Below, piece by piece: positions 36,501 to 48,500 of a DNA stretch of 64,000 bases (position 1 is the first letter of the stretch; the number at the start of each line of letters is the position of its first letter). Both the position numbers and the translations under genes were made by a program. The notes beneath the pieces are model-generated. The model made no database searches. It had not been told where the DNA came from and saw only the letters and a program-made list of their open reading frames with translations. Source of the stretch: Hemiscyllium ocellatum (lineage: Eukaryota). The DNA lies in assembly GCF_020745735.1 (NCBI RefSeq), contig NC_083409.1, forward strand, positions 24,324,048 through 24,388,047, in the 5' to 3' direction.

Positions 36501-39500
36501 GAACCAAATGCATTGACTAAAATAGTTGTACTCAATAATTTTCCGCAAAACAGTCTGCTGATCAAAGTTAAAACCCATGGGATTGAAGATGAATGTTTGA
36601 CTTGGTTCAGAGGCTGGTTTAGTGACAGACAACAGAGAAATAAAGTGGCAAGTGGTGTTCCACAAGGATTCTGTGGTGAGGCCTGTATGTATTAATGACA
36701 ATCAGAGTTCCACATTGACACAAAGACTGATGGAATAGTAAGTAGTACAGATGGTCTTTTTGTTTTAAACTCACACTGAGGACATGAGTATTGCTGTGTG
36801 GGCCAGCATTTATTACACATTCCTAGTTGCTCTTGAGAATCATAGAATCATTATACAGTGTGAAAGCAGGCCATTCAGCCCATCAAGTTCACACCAACCC
36901 ACCAAAGAGCATCCCATCTGGACTGACCCCCCTCCCTGTAATGCTGCATTTCCCACCCAGCCTGCACATCCCTCAACACGACACACAATTTAGTTTGGCT
37001 AATCCACCTAACCTACACATCTATGGACTGTATGGAAGAAGCCCACACAGACATGGGGAAAATGTGCAGACTTCACACAGACAGTTACCCCAGGGTGGAA
37101 TTGAACCCAAGTCCCTGGTGCTGTGAGGGAGCAGCACTATCCACTGAGCCACAATCCTGCTCTTTGCAAAGTGGTGGTGAGCTGCCTTCTTGAACCGCTG
37201 CAGTCCAGGTGCTGGAGATAAACCCACAATGCCCTAAGTCCAGGATTTTGACCCAGATGCTATATGGATTGGAGGGGAACTTGTAGTTAGTGGTGTTCTG
37301 TGTATCTGCTGCCCTTATCCTTCTAGATGGAAATGGTTATGGGTTTGGAAGGTGCTGTCTCAGGAGACTTGGTGAATTTCTGCAGTGCACTTTGTAGGCG
37401 GTGCACACAGCTGCTACTGAGCATCAGTGGTGGAGGGAGTGAATATTTGTCGATGTGGTGCCAAGCAAGCAGGCTGTTTTGTACTGGATGATATCAAGCT
37501 TCTTGATTGTTTTTGGAGCTGCACCCATCCAGGCAAGTGGGGACTAACCCATCACAGTCCTATCCAAAACTTGACTGATTTTTTCCTAATTCATTTCCAG
37601 GATTGGTCATCTCCTGGTATGCCAGCATTTACTGCCCAGAATCAAATGGGTTGGCACAATGGCCAGCACTGCTGTCTCATAGCACAGGGACCTGGGTTCG
37701 ATTCCACCCTTGGGCAACTGACTGTGTGGAGTTTGCACGTTCTCCCGGTGTCTGCCTGGGTTCCCTCCAGGTGATCTGGTTTTCTCCCACACTCCACAAA
37801 CATGTGGGTTAGGTGGAATGGCCATGGGAAATGCAAGGTTATAGGGGAGTGGGTCTGGGTGGGATGCTCTTTGGAGAGGCGGTATGGGCTGAATGGCCCG
37901 TTTCCACATTGTAAGGATTCTATGAATTTCTTCACTCTGAGGGTTTTAAATCTTTGGGATATTCATCCCCAGAGAGTTGTCGATACTTAGGCATTTGAAT
38001 AAATTCAAGATAGAGACCAAATGTTGGGAGGCAATGGCCTAGTGGTATCATCACGAGATTCTTAATCCAGGGACCCAAGTAGTGTTCTGGGGGACCTGAG
38101 CTCAAATCCTGGCAATGCCCAGAGAGGAGTTTAAATTTAAAAACAACTCTGGAATTCAGAGTCTAATAATGGCCATTGTTGGGGGAGAACCCCATTGGGC
38201 CAACTAATCATCTCCTTCAGATTGCTGTCCTTGCCCATACCAACTCACATATCACTCCAGACCCACAGCAACGGAGAATCATAGAATCTCTATGTGGAAG
38301 AAGGCCATTCAGCCCATCAAGTCCAAGCAGCATCACACCCAGAACCACCCCCCCCTCCTATCCCTGTAACCCTACACTCCTCATAGCCAATCCACCTAAC
38401 CTGCACATCTTTGGACTGAGAGAGGAAACAGGGGCACCCAAAGGAAACCCCTGCAGGCATGGGGAGAACATGCAAATTCCACACTGGCAGATGCCTGAGG
38501 TTGGAATTGAACCCAGGTCTCTGGCGCTGTAAGGCAGTGGTGCTAGCCACTGTGCCACCCCATCCTCATCTCTGATCTAAATGTCTAACTGCTTATTCCC
38601 AGACTCGGACTCTGCTCTGGAATCCCCATGTCAAGGCACACCCTTCCAAAATCCACCCTGTCAGGGCCCTGGAGAATTTGAAATGTTTCAGTGAAATCAC
38701 CTCCCAATCTTCTAAATTCCAGGGAGATCAGCAATTTCCCTCTGGCTTCCCAGAAGGTCCGAAGATAAAGCCCATTCCTGACCCAGTCCCCTCTCTCTAT
38801 CATTAGACAATCCCCTCAACCCGTCACATGAACTGTGGCTGGGTTTGATCATCTCAGTAAGAATTTCAAGGCAGGGAGGAGAAAGAAAGACTCTTTCGGC
38901 TTTGAATCAATGCTAAAAACTGAAAAAAAGCAGGAAAATATTGTCACCAAGTATTGTTCACATACTCTTTCTTTTCATCAAAGTGCTGGATGAGGTTTCT
39001 TATGAATTTCAGGAGGTCACTGGTGGTGTCCTTATATTCTTTATTCTTGCCTTGTCTCTTGTTCATGTCATTGAGGAGAACGGAGTCAACCTAGAAGGAA
39101 ATGAACAGCAGAGTTTGTTTTCTCTGTTGATTAAATTCACCTTGCTTGCTCCTCTGAGCACCTGAAGGGGCGAGGCTCCAAAAGCTGGTGTTTTCTAATA
39201 AACCTGTTGCACTATAACCTGGTGTCTCATGATTTTTGACCTTGTCCTCTGATCACTTTCAGGTTATTCCCACGAGCACTGCATGTTCTTGCTTCTCCAG
39301 GCCAGGAGGTAGCGATCTTGACAATGGATTTGACAATGGTCTCCATCAGAGAGGACCCACAAATCAGGGACAGAGATCAGAGATTACAGCCCTGCTCTTG
39401 CTCCTCAGTCCCAGACCCGAGCACAACGAGCCCCCTGGTGCCCCGGGTACTGATTGTCGCATCCTGGACCCTGTACATAATGCAAATGGTGCGACTGATC

Positions 39501-42500
39501 TTTGATTTTTCTCCAACCTCACCAGGTCTCCAGTTACTGAGAGTACTTAAATGACAAAGCCTTTAGCTGCCTTTACCAGTTAGAGACCTTAATTGATGGG
39601 AAACAGACTGAAATGGGTCAATAAGATTTGGGAGTTACAGACACAGATTGCAAAGTGGAAATCTGATGTATGGCTCTGACTGAGACCGGGTGGGACTGGG
39701 TATTCCTGGATACAAGGTGTTCAGTAAAGATAGGAAAGTGGGAAAATTGAGAGAAGTGGTGCGATTGGTGAAGGAAGTCAGTGCAGAGCTGGAGGAAGAG
39801 GGTGTCTCAGAGGGGTCAAGGCTTGGCTTGAGATAAGGAACAAAAATGGTGCAGATTGTTCAGAGCAGTCTACAGGTCACCAACCAGTGGGAAGGATGGA
39901 TAGGAACAAACTTACTAGGAACTTACAGAGAGATGTAAACATGATAGTGTCGTCATAGTGGGGGGCTTAAATTATCTGAATATAGACTGGGATAGTAGCG
40001 ATGAAGGACAGACAGGGGCAAGTCTGATCTTAGAGTAGGATAAAAGGCCAGCACAACATCGAGGGCCAAAGGGCCTGTACCGTGCTGTACTGTTCGATGT
40101 TCCATGTTCATTCCAAGATTGTATTGAGGGCATGCAGGACAAGAGTTTGTGCTCGGCCTGGATCTTGTTACTGAGTTAGGCCAAGTAGGTCAAGTGTCAT
40201 GGGAAGCATTTGTAGAACACTGATCATTGTATTGTAATATTTAGGAAAATGATTTTTTTTTAAAAAAAGAAGAAAAACACAGCCCAGAGTAAGAATAATT
40301 AACTGAGAGAGAGCTGAGATCAATAAAACAAGAGCAGAGCTGGATTGGAGAGACTGGATCCGAAGACTGGCAAGAAAACCAACAGCTGAGCAATGGGTTA
40401 CCTTCAAAGCACAGATGGCTAGGGGGACAGTTGTAGGCTAGGTGGATTAGCCATGGGAAATTTGGGATTGGCAGAGGGTAGATTGCCTTTTAGAAGGATG
40501 ATACCTACTCCATGGGCTGAATGGCCTCCTTCTGCACTGGAGGGATTCTACACTTCAATGCCTAACATCAGTCTGCTCACCTGCAGTGAATTATCTAGCA
40601 TCTATTTCACAGAGGGATTTTAGAACTGATAGAACCTAAAGCATGTGGCATTGAACCCACAATAGATGTAAACCAGAAGCCAGCATCAGAAAGCTCAGAG
40701 AAGTGGTATTATTGCAGGTTGGAAGGTGTACCTTCTCTGTCCACTTGTGAAATGATCTTTCCTGATCCTCTCCGGTTTTATTCAGGATCTGGACAATCTG
40801 ACTGTCATGATTCCGTTTGACCACATCCTTCTCGTTGGCGAGACTTTGGATCAACTGGGCCTTGCTGGAGGGGAAATGAAAAGGTGATTAATGAAAAGCA
40901 ACCTCGGTCACACAGAACTGCAGCCACTGTAACGTCATGTGTCACATGCAGAATGTTCATGCAATAGGAATCTGATTGATCAGATTCATTTTCGTTCCCA
41001 AAAAACCTTCATGGGTAAGGAAAGTACAGTTTAATAAAAACTAATCTCCGGTAATGGTACAGACACAGAGGGGAGGAAGGTATCAACTGAACATAATAAA
41101 ATGTGTAAGGGATTGATAGCCGAGTTTTTGACTCTGGCTCTGTAAAGTATGGTGGGGTATTTTCTAAGCTTAAAACTCCATGTTTGAAATGTATTTGTGT
41201 GTTCTGTGTATCTGGGTTTTATAGAAACATACATAGCTGAAAATGTGTTGCTGGTTAAGGCACAGCAGGTTAGGCAGCATCCAAGGAATAGGAAATTCGA
41301 CGTTTCGGGCATAAGCCCTTCATCAGGAAGGCTTATGAAGGGCTTATGCCCGAAACGTCGAATTTCCTATTCCTTGGATGCTGCCTAACCTGCTGTGCCT
41401 TAACCAGCAACACATTTTCAGCTGTGATCTCCAGCATCTGCAGACCTCATTTTTTACTAGAAACATACATAGCCAACATAGAAGATAGGAATAGAAGGAG
41501 GCCAGTCGGCCCTTTGAACCTGCTCCACCATTCGCCACGATCATGGCTGATCATCCAACCCAACAGCTAATCCTGCTTTCTCCCCATAACCTTTGATCCC
41601 ATTCGCCCCAAGTGCTATACCCAGCCACCTCTTGAATACAGTCAATGTTTTGGTATCAACTACTTCCTGTGGTAACGAATTCCATAGGCACATCACTCCT
41701 TGGGTGAAGAAATGGGTCTGGGTGGGTTGCTCTTCGGAGGGTTAATCTGGACTTGTTGGGCTGAAGGGCCTGTTTCCACACTATCAGTAATCTAATCTAA
41801 ATGTCTCCTCACCTCTGTACTAAATGGACTACCCTGAATCCTCAGACTGTGAACCCTAGTTCTGGACACACCCACCATCGGGAACATCCTCCCTGTACCT
41901 ACATTGTCCAGCCCTGTCAGAATTTTATAGGTCTCTCTCAGATCCATCCTCATTTGTCTGAACTCCAGCGAAAGCAATCCTAACCCAGTCAATCTCTCCT
42001 CATACGTCAGTCCCCACCATCTCCGGAATCGGTTTGGTAAACCTTCGCTGCACTCCCTCGAGAGCAAGAGCATCTTCCCTCTGAAAAGGAGACCATAACG
42101 ACACACAATACTCCAGCTGTGGGCTGTATTTTGTGTACATATTTATGTTTTGTGTGTATTTGTGGTTCTGTGTATATTTCTGTCTATTTATGTGGATGTG
42201 TGTGTGTGTGTGCTCTGTGTGTATTCTTGAGTTCTGTGCAGATTTGTGTAAATCCGTGTGCTCTGTGTGGATGGTTCCTAGGTTGAATATTTATGTCAGG
42301 TAACGGATAGCCAACTCTGTTGCTGTTAATCATCGTCCATTGCTCATTTTTGCCTCACTTGCCAAGTTTAGTCTCAACAGAAATACAATCAGATATCTTC
42401 ATGTTAAATGGCTTAAATCACATAGAACACCAGCTCTTTAATATCCTGAAATGAAGGTCTACTATAGACTCAGCATACAGTCAGAGATATACAGCATGGA

Positions 42501-45500
42501 AAGAGACTTTTCGGTCCAACCCATCCATGCCGACCAGATATCCTAGATTAATCTAGTCCCATTTCCCAGCAGTTGGCCCATATCCCTCTGAACCCTTCCT
42601 ATTCATAAACCCCTCCAGACGATTTTTAAGTGTTGTGACTGTACCAACCTCCGCCATTTCCTCTGACAGCTCATTTCATGCATTTGAAAAAGTTGCCCCT
42701 TAGGTCCTTTTTAAATCTTTCCACTCTCACCTTTAACCTGTGCCCTCTATTTTCGGACTCCCTCATGCTGGAGAAAAGACCTTGACTATTCACCCTATCC
42801 ATGCCTTTCAAGATTTTATAAACCTCTACAAAGGGTTGAGAGAAGTTTATAACCCCTTTTTAGCCTCAGCCTCTGACACTCTAGGGAAAACAGCTTCACC
42901 TATTCAGCCTCTCCCTATTGCTCAAACCCTCCAAATGTGGCAACATCCTTGTAAATCATTTTTGAACTATTTTAAGGTTCACAACATTTTTCCAATAGAA
43001 GGAAAACAAGAATTGAGTGCAGTATTCCAAAAGTGGCCTAACCAATGTCCTGTACAATCATAATGTTACATCCCAACTCCTGTTGTCAATGTACTGACCA
43101 ATAAAGGCAAGTCGACGAAATGCCTTCTTCATGACCCTGACTACCCGTGACTCTGAAAGGATCAATAATAAGAGTACTTAAGGCACTGTTAAATCTGCCT
43201 GAATTGATCGATAGACTGTCTATATTGAAGAAACAAGGAGTAGCTGAAGCATTTGATGTGTTTTAGTAGGAAGCCGGAGAAGTGATTGAGGGAGAAGGGA
43301 ACACAGTGTAATGATGTTAGATTCAGACAAGGAAAGATTAAACTAGACTCGAAGGGAGCACAAACACCAGCCTCATCCGATACAAATGTTGTCACGTTCT
43401 ATCTGAAGTTGTTGATTACAATCAAGCCTGTTGTGCAAGGCTGTCTGAAACCAGCTGTACTTAATCCAGATGAGCAGCAGATGGAGTTTAATTCCGATAA
43501 ATGTGAGGTGTTGCGTTTTGGAAAGACAAATCAGGGTAGGAGTTAATGATAAGGTCCTGGGGTGTGTTGCCAAACGAAGACACCTTGGGAGCAGGTTCAT
43601 AGTTCCTTGAAGGTGAACTCACAGGTAGACAGGATAGTGAAGAAGGCGTTTGGTACACCTGCCTTTATTGGTATAGGAATTGGGATGTCATTTTATAGCT
43701 GTACAAGATCACTTTTAGAATACTGCATTCAATTCTGGTTTCCCTGCTATAGAAGGGTATTGTTATACTTGAACAGGTGAAGAAAAGCTTTACAAGGATG
43801 TTGCCAGGTTTGGAGGACTTGAACTACAAAGAGAGGCTGAATAGGCTGGGGCTATTTTCCCTGGAGCGTCAGAAGTCGAGGGGTGACCTCAGAACTTTAT
43901 AAAATTGTAAGGGACGTGGATAGGGTAAATAGAAAAGGTCTTTTTTCACGTGAGTGAGTCCAAAACTAGAGGGCATAGGTTTAAGGCGAGAGGGGCAAGA
44001 TTTAAAAGGGACCTATGGGGCAACTGTTTCACGCATGAGCTGCCAAAGCAAGTGGTGGAGGTAGCTGGTACAATTACACCATTTAAAAGGCTTCTGAATG
44101 GATACACCAATAGGAAGGGTTTAGAGGGATATGGGCCAAATGCTGGCAAATGGGACTAGATTAATTTATGATATTTGGTCAGAATGGATGAGTTGGACAA
44201 AGGGTCTGTTTCCATGCTGTACATCTCTATGACTCTATGTTAAAGTGAGGCCCTGACTGGATGGAGGTTTACTCACTGAGCTGGGAGATTCATTTCCAGA
44301 CATTTTGTCACCCTACTAGGTAACATCTTCAGTGGGCCTCAGGCGAAGCAGTGTACATGATTCCTACTTTCTATTTATATATTTGGGTTTCTTTGGGTTG
44401 GTGATGTCATTTTTCTGTGTGATATCATTTCCTGTTCTTTTTCTCAGGGGATGGCAGATGGGGTCTAATTCAATGCGTTTGTTGATAGAGTTGGAACGCC
44501 ATGCTTCTGGGAATTCTCGTGCATGTCTCTGTTTGGCTTGTCCTAAGATGGTGTGTCCTAGAATTATGGCATCCTAACCGGAACTCTAACAACAAACACA
44601 TTGAGTTAGACCCCATCCGTCACCGACCTGAGAAAAAGAATAGGAAACCCAAAGAAACCCAAACATATAAACAGAAAGTAGGAATCATGTACACTGCTTC
44701 ACTTGAGGCCCACTGAAGATGTTACCTAGTAGGGTGATGAAACGTCTGGAAATGAACCTCCCAGCTTAGCGAGCAAACCTACATCCAGAACTTCAACCTG
44801 AGCTGCAAGTCTTCTCAAAACTGATTGAAACCCTGGCTACCTGCTAATGTGCATGTGAAAAATCCTGTATTAATACGGCAAAGAGCAAGGTGAATAATCC
44901 ATGGTGTACTGGCCATTATTCTTCCCTCAATCAATATCACAAATACCAGATTGTCCAGTCATTGTCCCACTGCCGTTTGTGGGATTTTGCTGTGTACAAA
45001 CTGACTGCCGGGTTTCTTACAACAGTGACAACACTTGGGAAAAGTGCACTTGGTAGTTTGAAAAGTTCTAGATACATGGAAGCCTTTTTCCTTTTCTTTA
45101 GGGCAGAGATAAGAAGAACTATCTTTGCCCAGAGAGTGGTCAGCCTGTGGAATTCTGATTGACAGAAAGCCGTCGAAGCCAAAACATTGAACATTTTCAA
45201 GAAGCAGTTCAATATAGTTCTTAGGGCTAAAGGGATCAAAGGGAATGGGGAGAAAGCAGGAACAGAGTTTGATGATCAATCCCTGAGGGCACTGTGCATC
45301 AACCCACAACACATGGCTCCAGCGGTTCAAGAAAGCAGTTCACCCCCACCTTCTCAAGTGTCAACTAGAGACCGGCAATAAATGCTAATCAGCCAGTGAT
45401 GGCCACATCCTACAAATAATAAGAAAATGGTCAGCCATGGTCATATTGAAGAATGGAGCAGACTCAAAGGGCTGAATGGCCTCATCCTGCTCCTAGTTTC

Positions 45501-48500
45501 AATGTTTCAAGAAAGTGAGGATTCTGGGTAAGGGAAAACTGTGTCAGATGATGTCTTAGGAGTTTAGAAGGTACAAAGTGAGAAACTTCAAAGCAACCCT
45601 GACCATAGCAAAACCAATAAAGAGGGAGCTGGCAAAAACCATGTATCGGGAAAGGATCACGTCAAGGATTACATCAGGACTGCTTGAAGGGACAAATCCT
45701 TCACTCAGAGTCATAGAGTACAAAAACAGACCCCTCGGTCAGACCGACCATGCCAAACTAAACTACTCCCACCTGCCTGTGCTCGGCCCATACCCCTCCA
45801 TACATTTCTTATCCATGTACTTAATCAAATGTCTTTTAAATGTTGTAACTGTACCCGCATACACCACTTCCTCTGGAAGTTCATTCCACACACGACCCAC
45901 TCTCTATGTAAAGAGGTTGCACCTCATGTCCCTTTTAAATTTTTCTCCTCTCTCCTTAAAAATAAGCTCCCCAGTCTTGAAAGTTCCCACGTGATTTTAT
46001 AAACCTCAATACGTCAATCTCCTGTACTTCTCCACATATAAGGATGTCTATAAACACCAGTCTTTCTTAACATTCTCCAAAGACTTACTCCAGATCTTTC
46101 CACAGTAGTGGATGGTGTTCAATCTCAGTGAGTGTCGCTCTCTGCTCTGCTGGTGCTAACAGGCACTCCACAAAATCTCTGGCTTCAGCATTCTTCAGGT
46201 CACAAAGACTGTCATCGAAAGAGGGGTTATTCTCAAGTTCATCCTTCTTACTCCCGTAGACGTCCTTCCCACCAGACACGACAAAGTGTAAGAGGCGTCC
46301 TAGTGCCTGTCTCATAAACAGAACAACTTTAACGGAAAAAATACACAGTCGTCCGGACCCTGGCTTCACAAACATACCATTCAGGTAACATTTTAGAAAT
46401 TAATCTGTTTTGATTAATTTCTAAACAAAGCTTTTCAATACACTCAGGTACATGTGACAATAAATCAAATCAAAATTCTCTCAATTTTTTGGTTTGAAAT
46501 TTTTGGTGAGCACCCAATATTCTCTCGAGTTCAGTGTCGTTCCTTGTAAATGGTGCCTCCTGGGCCCAATGCCCAGGAGGTTGCCTTTCCTGCCCTATAT
46601 CTGGTGATGTGATCAGGGAGGGCTGCTGTAAATAGTGAGCCGAATCCTGCACTGCGATTTCACACATGCCCTCATGGACTGCTCCCTGAAAGTGACCCTA
46701 CCCCGTTCCTTCATGGCCCACAGCAGGGTACTGAGGCCGATTGCGGAGTACAGTCCATGACCACTGCTGTTAGGATCTACAAATTCAGTGGTGGAGCCAG
46801 CTATCCTCCGAGACCGATATAAAAACAAAAATTGCGAGAGAAACTCAGCAGGTCTGGCAGCATTTCTGGAGAGAGAAATACAGAGTTTTCACTCTTCTTT
46901 GAAATTTACATCCTTCAGAAACTCAGTTCTGAAGAAGAGTCCCACAAGACTCGAGACATTAATTCTCTTTCTCCCTCCACAGATGCTGCCAGACCTGCTG
47001 AGTTTCTCCAGTATTTTTCTTGTTATTATTTCAGATTTTCATCATCTGCAGAATTTTGCTTTACCCTCCCAGGTCACATGACTCTGTTCCAAAACGTTAC
47101 CTGCCGGAAAACCTCAAAGACATGGGGAGAATGTGCAAACTCCACACAGACAGTCACCCGAGGCTGGAATCGAACCTGGGTGCCTGGCACTGTGAGGCAG
47201 CAGTGCTAACCACTGAGCCACCGTGCCACTCCACCTTCTACAAATTTCACTGAGATGTGGGGCAGCAGAGGCTTAGTGGTGTTACTAATCGAGTAACAGA
47301 CCCAAGTAATGCTTGGAGGAGCATTTGGAGACTCTGGGTCTATACTCAGAGTTGAGAAAGATGAGGGGGAACCTTTTTGAAACTCATTGCTACAGAGGGC
47401 TGTGGAGGCCAAGTCACTGACTGTATTGAAGACACATTCTTGATTGGTAAGGGGATCATGGGTTACAGGAAGGACACAGGAGAATGGGATTGAGAAAAAC
47501 ATATCAGCCATGATCAAACAATGGAGCAGACGCAATGAACCCAAATGGCCTAATTCTGCTCCTATATCTTATGTCCTGGAATTTGAATTCAATAAAAATC
47601 TATTGATGACCATGAGTCTGCTTCCCATTGTCAGGAAAAACCCATCTGGTTCACTAATATCCTTTCGGGAAGGAGAGCTGCCATCCTTACCCATCTGGCT
47701 TATTTGTGATTCCAGAGCCACAGCAATGTGGTAACCCCTCTCAGAAATGGCGGAGCAAGGGATTCCATTGTGGCAATCGCTACAAAGGAGAAAAGGAATG
47801 GAAATGGATGGGCCGCCAATTCAGGAACCAGAAACAACATGGATTACAGCGGTTCAGGAAGGCAGCTGAACACAGTCTTTCCAAGGGGTGAAGAGGAGTG
47901 AGCAATAAACGCTGGCCCAGCCAGTGATGCCCACGTGCAACAAATGAATTTTTAAAAAAAAGTTCAGCTTCTTCCCTCACTATCTCTCCACAGCCTTGAA
48001 AACTGAACTTAGCATTATCTGGCCAAATCCATTGCCAATGCCTGATTTACCCAGTCTCCCTTTGATTCGTCCAGACCCTTCAATCTCATCCCTCAAGAGA
48101 GAAAACAAGTCACCACAGTGTGGACCTGCACGTCTGCTTTGAACAGCTCATCCTCAGTGAACGTTGCCTTTGGCAAGTGTTCCAGTTTCTGCAGGATTTC
48201 TGAGGCTTCCCAGGTTCCAGGGCAAATCGGCAAAGCTGGGTTCTTATCAAAATGCACACTCTTATCGAAGTCTGCCAGGCGAAAATTTTCTTCAACATCT
48301 GGAGAAAATCAAACCATTTTATTGCTCATATCTCTGCCCAGACACACAGCAAAAAGGCTCCAAACCAGTTTTAAACATATCCATCCATAAATCCATTCAC
48401 TTTCAAACACAATTTGGAATTCTTGGTGTTTCAAATTCATCCATTCCACACAGGTCAGAGTTCCAGTGGCCTTACACTGAGTGGTGGTTTCATGTTGACA

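Noticed and set aside
35690-36720. Purine-rich + strand segment in the last RNASEL intron as a hidden gene
   Set aside because: Contains decayed CR1 ORF2 motifs (LKADRSPGP-like, GNYILVNL-like, SGVPQG); an ancient LINE.
46556-46580. 10-bp GC hairpin CCTCCTGGGC-CCAAT-GCCCAGGAGG in an RNASEL intron
   Set aside because: A single short stem is expected by chance in 64 kb; no RNA family features.
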